From Ferruginibacter sp. (GTDB lineage: Bacteria; Bacteroidota; Bacteroidia; Chitinophagales; Chitinophagaceae), in NCBI GenBank assembly GCA_025350645.1, contig JANXXM010000036.1, forward strand, positions 14,699 through 78,698: a DNA stretch of 64,000 bases, written 5' to 3'. Of the stretch, positions 50,231-59,940 are shown piece after piece (position 1 is the stretch's first letter; the number at the start of each line of letters is the position of its first letter). Below the pieces are notes generated by a model, which did not search any database, had not been told where the DNA came from, and saw only the letters and a program-made list of their open reading frames with translations. Made by a program: the position numbers and the translations under genes.

Positions 50231-50480
50231 TTAAGATTATTTTTTTACTATTAAGAGCATTAAGCTTTTCCTCCACTTCTTTATTTTTTACTATTTATTC
50301 TTAATCATCTTAACTTCTTAATGATCTTAATGGTCATTTCTTAACAATCTAAATTTCTTAATCATCTTAATTTCTTAATAATCTTAACTTCTTAATAATC
50401 CCATTCTTCCCCTTTAACCATCTTAATTTCTTAATGCTTATTCCTTAATACTCCCTTTTTTAACAATCTTACTGTTCTTA
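50231..50480. repeat. Tandem 17-bp repeat (TCTTAAnnATCTTAAnT) between convergent genes
   Basis: Units at 50299, 50316, 50339, 50356, 50373, 50390 and more degenerate ones to ~50480; inverted TTAAG halves at 50231-50264. Confidence 0.75.
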
Positions 50481-51518
50481 ACCTATCGTCCATGTTTCCC
50501 TTCCCTTCAGCAATTTATCCAAATTTCCAGGGCCATTTTTAGCCAGTGCCTCTTCCATTTGCATCGCCATTACATCTTCGTAACATGCCCTATCTGCCTG
50601 GTAAAAAACACCAAATGGTCTGGGCAAATGCCCCTGCAGTGCCGGGTCATCAAACATACGAATGAGGATCTGGGCTTTATAAATATCATTTTCATCATGT
50701 ATCCAAAGATCATCATGGCTTGTGCCTTCCTCCAAATTAACTAGAGTAGGTTTAAAACCATCCAGCTTAATCCCTTTATTTTGAGCAGCTCCAAATACAA
50801 GCGGCTTTCCTTGTTCTAAAAACAAAGCCTCTTCTGGTTTGCTGCTTTTTTCTGTAAAAATTTCAAAAGCACCATCATTAAAAATATTACAGTTTTGGTA
50901 AATTTCTAAAAAAGAAGATCCTTTATGTGCCTGCGATCTCAAAAGCATTGCCTGCAGGTGTTTAGGATCTCTATCCATAGTACGGGCAATAAAACTTGCA
51001 TCTGCACCCATGGCAAGCGCCAGCGGGTTAAAGGGATGATCTATGCTGCCCATTGGCGTACTTTTTGTAATCTTTTTTTCTTCAGATGTGGGAGAATACT
51101 GTCCCTTTGTTAAACCATAAATTTGGTTATTAAACAATAAAATATTCACATCAAAATTTCTGCGCAGCAGGTGTATGGTATGGTTACCACCAATGCTCAA
51201 CCCATCTCCATCGCCCGTTACAATCCATACACTTAGCTCTGGTCTTGCAGCCTTAAGCCCGCTGGCTACTGCTGTTGCACGCCCATGTATACTGTGCATA
51301 CCATAAGTATTCATATAATATGGAAAGCGGCTGCTACAGCCAATGCCGCTTACAATTACTATATTTTCTTTAGGAATACCCAGTGTAGGCATTATTTTTT
51401 GTACTTGTGCCAATATCGAGTAATCGCCGCAACCCGGGCACCAGCGCACTTCCTGGTCTGTAGCAAAATCTTTTGCGGTTAAAATTTGTTGGGGGGCAAG
51501 TGTTGCTGCATCACTCAT
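50478..51518 (-). CDS. 2-oxoacid:ferredoxin oxidoreductase subunit beta
   Basis: WCPGCGD, SGIGCSSR, HSIHGR, GDGD..SIGGNH, NN.IYGLTKGQ.SPT, Q.C..FN. Confidence 0.95.
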   Translation of the reverse strand: MSDAATLAPQQILTAKDFATDQEVRWCPGCGDYSILAQVQKIMPTLGIPKENIVIVSGIGCSSRFPYYMNTYGMHSIHGRATAVASGLKAARPELSVWIVTGDGDGLSIGGNHTIHLLRRNFDVNILLFNNQIYGLTKGQYSPTSEEKKITKSTPMGSIDHPFNPLALAMGADASFIARTMDRDPKHLQAMLLRSQAHKGSSFLEIYQNCNIFNDGAFEIFTEKSSKPEEALFLEQGKPLVFGAAQNKGIKLDGFKPTLVNLEEGTSHDDLWIHDENDIYKAQILIRMFDDPALQGHLPRPFGVFYQADRACYEDVMAMQMEEALAKNGPGNLDKLLKGRETWTIG

Positions 51519-51539
51519 AAATACATTTTAATAAGAACA

Positions 51540-51547
51540 CAAAGTTA
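51540..51547 (-). promoter_or_regulatory. -7 element TAACTTTG for the oxidoreductase beta gene
   Basis: Exact match 21 nt upstream of the ATG. Confidence 0.55.
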
Positions 51548-51859
51548 TTGATTGGATAGTAAAATTTAAAATTAACTCCATACAATGTATGAGACAGATT
51601 ATTTTTATAGAAGCTACATTAAAAGATGATAGTTAAAAATCCGTTATTCTCAATAACTTTTCGGAGCCAAATAATTGTTTCAAAGAGATTATAAAGAAAC
51701 AAAATGCTTTAACAATAACACATGATACCTTACCGTATCAATGAAATAAAATTTTTACTCTATTCTTATCAACTTTACATTTTATTTTAAACAAAGTTTC
51801 AGTTTAACGATATTGTTAATTGTAAAAGTTTTATTTTCACATTCAAACCAAAATTAAAT

Positions 51860-52375
51860 ATGAAAAAAATTATTTTATCTTTTTTAGCATCAATATGTAT
51901 GCTTTTTTCTTTTGCACAAAAAAATGATTTGATGTTAAAGCATTCTGGAGAAAAGCTGGATGTAAAAATTATTAAAGTAGGGGAAACTACTATTTCTTAC
52001 AAATACCCTGGCGAAGATGCCGAGCAGACCATTGGAAAATTTGCTATAGCATCTATTACTTATGGTACAAGCGGTCGTAAAGAACAGGTATCTGAAAAAA
52101 TTGAAGTTTCGGGAAAAGGTGATTGGGAAAAAGTAGAAATACTTACAGATGCAAGCCAGGTTATTGGTTTAAAAAAGGGAGAAGAAATAAGGGGCAAAAC
52201 CTCTGGTTTGTTAAGTTATAATACTGCAGGCTCTGCTGATAAAAAAGCTACCAAAAGAATTAAAGAAGCGGCGGCAGAAAATAATGCTCCTTTTATTTTA
52301 ATGATATCTGATAAAAGTGACGGGTTTGGCGTAAAGCAATCTATTAAAAAAGGGGTTGGGTACTCTTATAAATAG
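51860..52375 (+). CDS. Hypothetical exported protein
   Basis: Signal peptide SFA-Q; D..LKHSGEK..VKIIKV N-terminus typical of small Bacteroidota exported proteins. Confidence 0.75.
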   Translation: MKKIILSFLASICMLFSFAQKNDLMLKHSGEKLDVKIIKVGETTISYKYPGEDAEQTIGKFAIASITYGTSGRKEQVSEKIEVSGKGDWEKVEILTDASQVIGLKKGEEIRGKTSGLLSYNTAGSADKKATKRIKEAAAENNAPFILMISDKSDGFGVKQSIKKGVGYSYK

Positions 52376-52393
52376 TTTAAACAATATTTACTT

Positions 52394-52436
52394 ATAATAC
52401 AACAGGCTGTCTCCAAAAGACAGCCTGTTGTATTAT
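52394..52436 (+). terminator. Perfect 19-bp hairpin, likely bidirectional terminator
   Basis: ATAATACAACAGGCTGTCT-ccaaa-AGACAGCCTGTTGTATTAT. Confidence 0.8.
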
Positions 52437-52474
52437 TTACAAAAAAATATTTGGCCAGTCATGCACTTTCTTAA

Positions 52475-52628
52475 AATATAAAAGCCATTCCGATAAATCA
52501 GAATGGCTTCGGCTGTCATAGCAGCCGCAGAATGTTATTTGTGGAGCACCTCAGCAGGACTTAAAAACCCGCTGCCGGCATCCATGAATTATCTGTAGAC
52601 ATGTATACCTCCTTTTTCTTTGGTGAAT
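52475..52628 (-). ncRNA. Candidate structured small RNA (or 13-codon small-ORF mRNA)
   Basis: Near-consensus -7 TAACTTTA (52631-52638), AAGGAGG + ATG 52602 to TAA 52561, three hairpins, and a terminal U-tailed hairpin (52482-52509) whose U-G pair favours the minus strand. Confidence 0.55.
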
Positions 52629-52732
52629 TGTAAAGTTATGAAGGAAATAGGTAAACAATTAAAGAAGTGTTATTAAAAAGTTTAGGATTTTTAAGCAGAA
52701 AGATATTTGTTTCAATAACAATCAAAAATAAT

Positions 52733-53080
52733 TTACCCTGCATTCAATTCTTCCCAATACTCAGCAGCCCTGCGTGTATGCGGTACTACTATCGTTCCTC
52801 CCACCATATTTGCTATAGCAAATACTTCATATAATTCTGCTGTACTTACCTTTTCTTCGTATGCTTTTCCTAAATGATATTTTATACAATCATCGCACCG
52901 CAATACCATGCTTGCTACAAGCCCGAGCATTTCTTTTGTTTTTACATTTATTGCACCGGTAGCATAAGTGTTGGTATCAAGATTCCATAATCTTTTTATT
53001 ACCAGATTATCTTTTGCCATTATAACATCGTTCATTTTTGTACGATATTCATTAAATTCTTTTACAAGATTACTCATCAT
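52733..53080 (-). CDS. Carboxymuconolactone decarboxylase (AhpD-like) family protein
   Basis: KTKEMLGLVASMVLRCDDCIKYH (CxxC). Confidence 0.9.
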   Translation of the reverse strand: MMSNLVKEFNEYRTKMNDVIMAKDNLVIKRLWNLDTNTYATGAINVKTKEMLGLVASMVLRCDDCIKYHLGKAYEEKVSTAELYEVFAIANMVGGTIVVPHTRRAAEYWEELNAG

Positions 53081-53428
53081 ATTTTTTTGTAAAGATAATG
53101 AGCAAGTTTCTTTTAAAATTCTAAGGAATAAGTAGAAGCGAGACTATTACATAAAATTTTAGGAAAAACTTTATAGCAACTAAGGCATGTTTACCTCAAA
53201 TGGTTATTAATTTCGATAGAATAAAATATTGTTTTTTATTTTATTTTAAATGAAAATAAAATTTATAAAAGCAAATAACTTTTTATTTTATAAACAACAA
53301 TACCGCTAGGTTTTCGTTATAAAACTATATCGTTTAAATAATCGTTAATGAAAAATATAAATAGCGTGTGTAGAATTTTTAAGAGCGACCGCCGGTTAAT
53401 TTTTATTATTAGATAAAATTAGTTTCTA

Positions 53429-54805
53429 ATGTTGTTGATTTCTGGTTTAAAGCTATTCCGAAAAAAAATTATGTCTATCGGTGTACACCGGGATCTGGAT
53501 ATTATTACCAAGAGAAAATTATACGTATTTAACCAAATCAATTTTCTTGGGTTAATAACGGGTATTGCCATACCGCTGGCTGCATTTTTAAATGATGGTT
53601 ATTTACCGCCCATTGCATGGGTTGTAGCTATATCCCCTGCCTTTATAAGTTTTAGTGTTTTACTTTGTAATTATTATAGAAAGTATGAGCAATCAATGCT
53701 TATATACTTTACCCTTTACCCCCTTACCACTGCTCTTGTGTATGCAGGTAATATTGATGTGGGTATAGAATTATTTTTCATTTTGTATGGTGTGCTGTCT
53801 GTATTTTTCCTGCAAAATATACGCTATATCGTTCTTGCCTTTTGCCTTTCATCAATATGCTATATGGCGGTGTACATTCTTCATAAAAATTATACCTACA
53901 AAATGGCAGATGTAAATTTTGGTTTTTATGTAGCTAATCATTTGCTCGCCATAATATTTATTTTTGTTGGTTTATTTATGACAAAAAGAGAAAATACTAC
54001 CTACCAGGAAAACATTCTCCGAAAAAATAAAAAACTTAAATTCAGTTATGGAAAAATATCTGCCCAGGCTACAGAAATAAAAGACAAAGCTATGTTGCTG
54101 GAACATAAAACAACAGAGCTAACAGCGCTGAATAGCCTAAAGGATAAATTATTTTCCATAATATCTCACGATCTTAAAACACCTATTTACAGCCTTAGAA
54201 ATTTGTTTACCAATATGCACAGGTATGATGTGCCGCCAGAAGAAATAAAAATATTATTGCCGGATATTTTAGCAGATCTTAATTATACTACCGGCCTTAT
54301 GGAGAACCTGCTGCACTGGGCAAAGAGCCAAATGAAAGGAGCTACCATAAATATGCAGCTCCTTGAAGTAACAGAACTGGTAAATGAGGTAAAAAATTTA
54401 CTGCGCCTGCAGGCAGAGGCAAAAAAGATTTATCTGAACAGTAAGCTAGATCCTGCGGTGTACATATATGCAGATAAAGATATGATGAACCTGGTGCTAA
54501 GAAACCTGGTATCCAACGCTATAAAATTTACGCCGGAAAATGGTGAGGTAAATGTTGGTGCAAGGCAAACTAATACTGGTGTGGAGTTATTTGTAGAAGA
54601 CACCGGCACCGGCATGACCGAAGAAAATGCAGGCAAACTTTTTGGCGATGATTTTTTTACTACACATGGCACTTCTAATGAATCCGGCACAGGACTCGGT
54701 CTTATTTTATGCAAAGAGTTTTTGAAAAAAAACGGAGGAAATATATCTGTACAAACCTATTTGGGTAAAGGAAGTACATTTACCTGCAGCCTTCCTATTC
54801 CTTAA
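53429..54805 (+). CDS. Membrane-bound sensor histidine kinase
   Basis: About 6 TM helices, FSIISHDLK.P H-box, NLVSNAIKFT, VED.G.GM, GTGLGL..C; start may be ATG 53471. Confidence 0.92.
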   Translation: MLLISGLKLFRKKIMSIGVHRDLDIITKRKLYVFNQINFLGLITGIAIPLAAFLNDGYLPPIAWVVAISPAFISFSVLLCNYYRKYEQSMLIYFTLYPLTTALVYAGNIDVGIELFFILYGVLSVFFLQNIRYIVLAFCLSSICYMAVYILHKNYTYKMADVNFGFYVANHLLAIIFIFVGLFMTKRENTTYQENILRKNKKLKFSYGKISAQATEIKDKAMLLEHKTTELTALNSLKDKLFSIISHDLKTPIYSLRNLFTNMHRYDVPPEEIKILLPDILADLNYTTGLMENLLHWAKSQMKGATINMQLLEVTELVNEVKNLLRLQAEAKKIYLNSKLDPAVYIYADKDMMNLVLRNLVSNAIKFTPENGEVNVGARQTNTGVELFVEDTGTGMTEENAGKLFGDDFFTTHGTSNESGTGLGLILCKEFLKKNGGNISVQTYLGKGSTFTCSLPIP

Positions 54806-55054
54806 ATAATGTAGGTATAACTTATATTCCGATTGTTTTATTTTTACTTACAGTCAAAAACCACCACATACTCAAGTAGCAATACCAGTTACACAATCCA
54901 CACTCAAAACTTCTTTTTTGCAAAATACCTTTATAAAACATTATCTCTGCAAATTTAAATAACAGCAATTAACGAAACAACCTTTTCTGCTTAAGGCCTT
55001 ATTTATTTGCGGTTTCCATAAAAAATATAATAATCATTTTTTAAAGAAACCAAA

Positions 55055-56299
55055 ATGGACAGTGCTGCTTTTTACCGAAAACTTCTTCTTACAATATTCA
55101 TTATTCTACCCAATATATTTGTGTATGCACAGGCAAAACTTATTATTAATGGCGGCGCCATCCAACTGAAAAACGGCGCTGCCTTAATAATAGATAACCC
55201 GGATAATACCGCAATAACAAGCATTGCAGGTGGGTACATACAAAGCGAAGAAGAAACTAACCGAGTAATATGGATAATTGGATCTGGCGGGGGCAATACC
55301 TATACCATCCCTTTTGGTAATCCTGCAAACCTACTGACACTAAGCTTTACGGCAGTAAATGGTGCTGGCATTATAGGTCAAATTATTTGCAGCACCTACC
55401 CCACACCCACCTGGAAGAACAGCGATTTTTTACCCGCAGGCGTAACTAATGTAAACAGCAACGGTAACGATAATTCTGCAAAAATTATAGACCGGTTCTG
55501 GCAGATAAACCCACAAGGGTACAGCACTAAGCCAGACCTAAGCAATGTGATTTTTACATATTCCGATGATGAATACAATGCACCCAATACACTTACCGAA
55601 GCCAATCTTTTTGCACAGCGATGGAACAGCACACTCCAAAAATGGAATGATTTTTTTTCGGCCTCTACTATAAATACAACTGCTAATACTATTCAAATTG
55701 CAAACGTACCTGGCAGCCAGTTATACGATTGGTGGACGATGACAGATATTACATCTCCACTGCCGGTAACGCTTGTTTATTTTAATGCCCTATTAAATAA
55801 CAAACAGGTAAATACTTACTGGCAAACCGCTACAGAGCAAAATAGCAACCGCTTTGAAGTGTGGCGAAGCAAAGATGCAATACAGTTTATCCTCGTAGGA
55901 GCCAGGCCTGCAGCAGGTTTTAGCAGCAGTATAAAAAATTACAGCTATACAGATGTTACGCCATTTACCGGGACCAGTTACTATCGTTTAAAAAGTATTG
56001 ACAATGATGGCAGCTTTAGCTTTTCGCCCATTGTAAAAATAAAAACAGCTGATGCAGAAAACATTTTTATTTACCCAAACCCTGCCACAGATTATGCCAT
56101 TATAAAAAGTAGCAGTGCACTTATAAACAAAAAGCCAATAGCAAAACTCTACGATGCCAAAGGAGGTTTAATTAAAACATTTGTACTAACTGATGCTGAA
56201 CAAAAAATAAATACGTTGCTGTTGCCTGCAGGTAGTTATCACATCGGCATCGGGTATAATAATAATTTACTAAAAACACTATTCTTCATAAAAAAATAA
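55055..56299 (+). CDS. T9SS-secreted protein (type A CTD)
   Basis: Signal peptide; PLPVTLVYF...W.TATEQN..RFEV.RS.D Ig-like linker; IYPNPA...K CTD. Confidence 0.85.
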   Translation: MDSAAFYRKLLLTIFIILPNIFVYAQAKLIINGGAIQLKNGAALIIDNPDNTAITSIAGGYIQSEEETNRVIWIIGSGGGNTYTIPFGNPANLLTLSFTAVNGAGIIGQIICSTYPTPTWKNSDFLPAGVTNVNSNGNDNSAKIIDRFWQINPQGYSTKPDLSNVIFTYSDDEYNAPNTLTEANLFAQRWNSTLQKWNDFFSASTINTTANTIQIANVPGSQLYDWWTMTDITSPLPVTLVYFNALLNNKQVNTYWQTATEQNSNRFEVWRSKDAIQFILVGARPAAGFSSSIKNYSYTDVTPFTGTSYYRLKSIDNDGSFSFSPIVKIKTADAENIFIYPNPATDYAIIKSSSALINKKPIAKLYDAKGGLIKTFVLTDAEQKINTLLLPAGSYHIGIGYNNNLLKTLFFIKK

Positions 56300-56307
56300 T
56301 TTAACAA

Positions 56308-56985
56308 ATGAAAAAAATAATTTTTCTCTTTATCATTATACTTGCTGCACTGCAAAAAACACCAGCACAAAATGTTGGTATAAATGCTACAGGCACTATA
56401 CCAGATGCAAGCGCCATGCTGGATATAAGCAGTACCAGCAAAGGATTACTTATACCAAGAATGACGCTGGCAGAAAAGAATGCCATTGCTTTGCCAGTTA
56501 CCGGTTTAATGATTTACCAGACAGATGCACCAGCCGGCTTTTGTTATTTTGATGGTACCAACTGGAATGCTATGAGCACAGCAGCACCGGGTGCCATAAA
56601 TTTTAGATACATCGCAAGCACAAGCCAGGCTATAAATGCCAACGTAAATATTAAAGTAAATTTTGGTACACAAACCTTTTTAAACAACGCAACTTTTAGC
56701 AACAGCACATTTATTGTTCCCGCCACAGGTATTTATCATTGTAGTGTTTATCTGTTTATGTTTTCCAACGCTATTACCACCATGGGTGTTTCTATACTGG
56801 CTAATACTGTGGCAAAATCTTCCGTTTCATATAATGTACGCAGCAGTATTTTTCAGCAAATAGGTTTTTCAGATAATGTAATGCTAGCGGCCGGAGATGT
56901 AGTATCTGTGCAGCTTAACGTAAATTCATTTTCTACGGTCATCACCGGTAACTCTAGTTATTTTACTGCATTTAAAATAAATTAA
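56308..56985 (+). CDS. Fibre-type exported protein with C-terminal C1q/TNF-like domain, no CTD
   Basis: QNVGIN...PDASAMLDISSTSKGLLIPRM...P..GLMIYQTD...YFDG..W; then F.....TF.VP.TGIYH.S...L.AGD.VSV...FTAFK C1q-like pattern. Confidence 0.7.
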   Translation: MKKIIFLFIIILAALQKTPAQNVGINATGTIPDASAMLDISSTSKGLLIPRMTLAEKNAIALPVTGLMIYQTDAPAGFCYFDGTNWNAMSTAAPGAINFRYIASTSQAINANVNIKVNFGTQTFLNNATFSNSTFIVPATGIYHCSVYLFMFSNAITTMGVSILANTVAKSSVSYNVRSSIFQQIGFSDNVMLAAGDVVSVQLNVNSFSTVITGNSSYFTAFKIN

Positions 56986-57017
56986 AATACCAAAAAGTAG
57001 TCGCCTAAAAAATAAAC

Positions 57018-58919
57018 ATGATGAAAATATATTCACCCAAAAAATTTAAAATTATCAGCCTGTTGATTTTGATTTTCCTTCTACTTTCTGCATTACTACC
57101 TGCACAGGTTATTCAAAAATTAAAAGATTTAAGAACGGGCAATTCTTTCCCTTTTGATTTTACCATATCTGGTACCAAACTTTTTTTTATTGCCAACGAT
57201 GATATTAATGTTGGGCTTTGGATTACCAATGGCACTACAGCAGGTACAATCAAACTTACCCCGACTACCGGCCCGGCAAATACAAGTTTTGATATTGCTG
57301 CATATAACGACAAAGTTTACTTTTCTTACAACGATGGCGTAAACGGTTATGAAATGTGGGTAAGCGATGGCACGGTAGCAGGTACTGTGTTATTTAAAGA
57401 TTTGTATACCGGCAGCAATAATGCTTACCCAAGATATTTTACAGTGGCCAATAATAAATTATTTTTTGTTGCAGATGATGCAAGTGGCGCACAGCATTTG
57501 TTTGTGAGCGATGGTACTGCAGCAGGAACTGTTGTAATTAAAAATTATGCAACGCTTTTTAATGGGCTGACCACTTTCGCCATTTTAAATAATGATATTT
57601 ATTTTACGGGTGATGATGGAACAGGCGTTGGCTACGGGTTGTGGAAGAGTAATGGATCGCTTGCGGGTACGGTATTATTGAGGCCAAATATCAGCAGTAG
57701 TTCTGGTGCCAACTATACAGTATTGGGCAATACTTTATTTTTTGACAGCAACGATGGTATCAATGGATCAGAATTGTGGACAACAGATGGTACGCCTGCA
57801 GGTACGAATATGGTCATCAACTTACGGGCAGATGGCGGCGGCATAATGTACAGCGGCGCACCTTTTAATTTTATTACCTACAACAGCAAAGTTTACTTTA
57901 CCGCATCAGATGATGCACATGGTGCAGAATTATTTTCATCTGACGGTACTGCCGCAGGTACGCAAATTGTAAAAGATATACAACCCGGCGCCGAAGGAAG
58001 TATACCGCAGCAAAGCGTAATTTATAACGGCAACTTGTATTTTTCCTGCTATAATGGTGCGGCTACCGGCTTATGGAAATCTGATGGTACAGCGGCGGGA
58101 ACAGTTTTAATAAAACAGGGCGGTGGTGGCGATCCTTTTTTACGAGATACAAGATTTGCTCCCGTATTTAATAGCAAGCTTTATTTTATAGTAAACGATA
58201 TGCAGTTTTATCCGCTGTGGGAAACTGATGGAAGCGTTGCTGGTACAAAACCGGCAACTTTTCAAAATACAGCCAGCCCCGCATTTAGTACTCCGGTACT
58301 GGGAGACTTTAGCTTTACCTTATACAACAACGAACTTTATTTTGGAGGCAAGTGTGGTACCATCAGCCCGGATATAGAACCCTGCAAAATAACCACCGGC
58401 GTGCTTCCTGTAACATGGCTTGGCCTGCAGGCACAATGGGAAAATACTACTACCGCAAAAATAAGCTGGCAGGTGGCCAACCAAATAAATGTAAAAGATT
58501 ACACCGTACAACATAGTACGGATGCCATACATTTTACAAATGCATGCGTAGTAAATGCATCTGCAAATACCAACTATTTCTGCAATATCCCTACTGATAA
58601 TATTAATACGCATTATTACAAAATAAAACAGCAGGATGCAGATGGAAACCCTCACTATAGCAATACAGTTGTTTTAAAAGAGGCTCCCCAAAAATTGATG
58701 GTTGCATACCCCAACCCCGCAACAGATAAATTATATGTACAAGGATTAACAGCGGTTGCCAATATAAAAATTACCGATGCAGCAGGAAAAGAAATTAGAA
58801 ATTTGATTTTAAAAAATACAACAGATTTTATTGATGTGAGCAGGCTCGGGAGCGGAACTTATTTTGCCAGGATTTTGACAAAGGATAACACTCAAACGAT
58901 AACATTTATAAAGAAATAA
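57018..58919 (+). CDS. ELWxxDGT-repeat beta-propeller protein with T9SS CTD
   Basis: Eight GLW/ELW/ELF..DGT-type repeats; VLPVTW Ig-like linker; YPNPAT CTD. Confidence 0.88.
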   Translation: MMKIYSPKKFKIISLLILIFLLLSALLPAQVIQKLKDLRTGNSFPFDFTISGTKLFFIANDDINVGLWITNGTTAGTIKLTPTTGPANTSFDIAAYNDKVYFSYNDGVNGYEMWVSDGTVAGTVLFKDLYTGSNNAYPRYFTVANNKLFFVADDASGAQHLFVSDGTAAGTVVIKNYATLFNGLTTFAILNNDIYFTGDDGTGVGYGLWKSNGSLAGTVLLRPNISSSSGANYTVLGNTLFFDSNDGINGSELWTTDGTPAGTNMVINLRADGGGIMYSGAPFNFITYNSKVYFTASDDAHGAELFSSDGTAAGTQIVKDIQPGAEGSIPQQSVIYNGNLYFSCYNGAATGLWKSDGTAAGTVLIKQGGGGDPFLRDTRFAPVFNSKLYFIVNDMQFYPLWETDGSVAGTKPATFQNTASPAFSTPVLGDFSFTLYNNELYFGGKCGTISPDIEPCKITTGVLPVTWLGLQAQWENTTTAKISWQVANQINVKDYTVQHSTDAIHFTNACVVNASANTNYFCNIPTDNINTHYYKIKQQDADGNPHYSNTVVLKEAPQKLMVAYPNPATDKLYVQGLTAVANIKITDAAGKEIRNLILKNTTDFIDVSRLGSGTYFARILTKDNTQTITFIKK

Positions 58920-58929
58920 ATTTTTACCC

Positions 58930-59412
58930 ATGAAAAATTATTTAACGGTTTTTATAGTCATTTTATTTTTTACATCCTGTAATAATAGTACAAGCCATAC
59001 AAAAAACACTTTTTCAAATCCTACTGAAACAATCGCCAATACTACACCTTCAATAAAAGCTGAAGGAACGATGACAGCCAAAATAAATGGTAAACAATGG
59101 GCGGCCACATCTCTTATGCCGCCAGAAACAGCGGGAAGAATTGTTGGCTATTCTGGTAAAGAATATATTGACCTGCCTTACAGCAAACAGTACATGAAAG
59201 CTGGTAAAAAAATAATACTGGGGGAAGATGAAGCCGCAGATATTTTTTTTACCGGGGTGGGGTTATGCGTTACAAAAAGCGGAGAGATGGAAATTATAAA
59301 AGTAGATGAACATACTGCAGATGGTAAGTTCTATTTTACAGCTATAGAAAATGCATCCGGTAAAAGCATTGAAGTAACCAATGGTTTTTTTAAAATTTTT
59401 TTAGATAAATAA
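58930..59412 (+). CDS. Lipoprotein of unknown function
   Basis: Lipobox FTS-C; MTAKINGKQW and G.FYFTA...I.VTNGFF pattern. Confidence 0.75.
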   Translation: MKNYLTVFIVILFFTSCNNSTSHTKNTFSNPTETIANTTPSIKAEGTMTAKINGKQWAATSLMPPETAGRIVGYSGKEYIDLPYSKQYMKAGKKIILGEDEAADIFFTGVGLCVTKSGEMEIIKVDEHTADGKFYFTAIENASGKSIEVTNGFFKIFLDK

Positions 59413-59425
59413 ATTAAAAGCAAGC

Positions 59426-59935
59426 GTGAAAATTATATTATTATTAAGTTTTTCTTTTATCCCTGTTAGCATTATTGCGCAGCAAATAACTACTGTGCAG
59501 GCTGCAAGCGCTACAGCATCGCAAGGTACTGCGGGTAATTTTATAATAAGCTATACCATTGGCGAAATGCCCGCTGTGCAAAGCTTACAGCGAAACGGAC
59601 TATTAATTACACAAGGCATTTTACAGCCCACTACTTCTATAGCGGCAGCTTTTGAGTGCTTTAGCAGTACCGAAGTAAATGTTTATCCAAATCCATCTTC
59701 CGGTATTTTTACCTTACAGCTAAGCATACTAAAAAAAGGAAAAATACAAACGCAATTATTGGATGCAGGTGGCAGGCTCATCCAAAAAGAAGCATTTGAT
59801 TACAGTAGTTTCCTATCTAAAAATTACAACATCAGCCGCTTGGCAGCCGGGCATTACTTGCTGGTAGTTTGGTTTACAGAAGCCGGGCAAACGACAATAA
59901 AAAAATGCACTTACAACATTCGAAAACTAAACTGA
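59426..59935 (+). CDS. Small T9SS-CTD protein
   Basis: GTG start; ISYTIGE...LITQG.LQP then VYPNPSSG..CTD; almost entirely CTD plus a short domain. Confidence 0.8.
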   Translation: MKIILLLSFSFIPVSIIAQQITTVQAASATASQGTAGNFIISYTIGEMPAVQSLQRNGLLITQGILQPTTSIAAAFECFSSTEVNVYPNPSSGIFTLQLSILKKGKIQTQLLDAGGRLIQKEAFDYSSFLSKNYNISRLAAGHYLLVVWFTEAGQTTIKKCTYNIRKLN

Positions 59936-59940
59936 TTATA

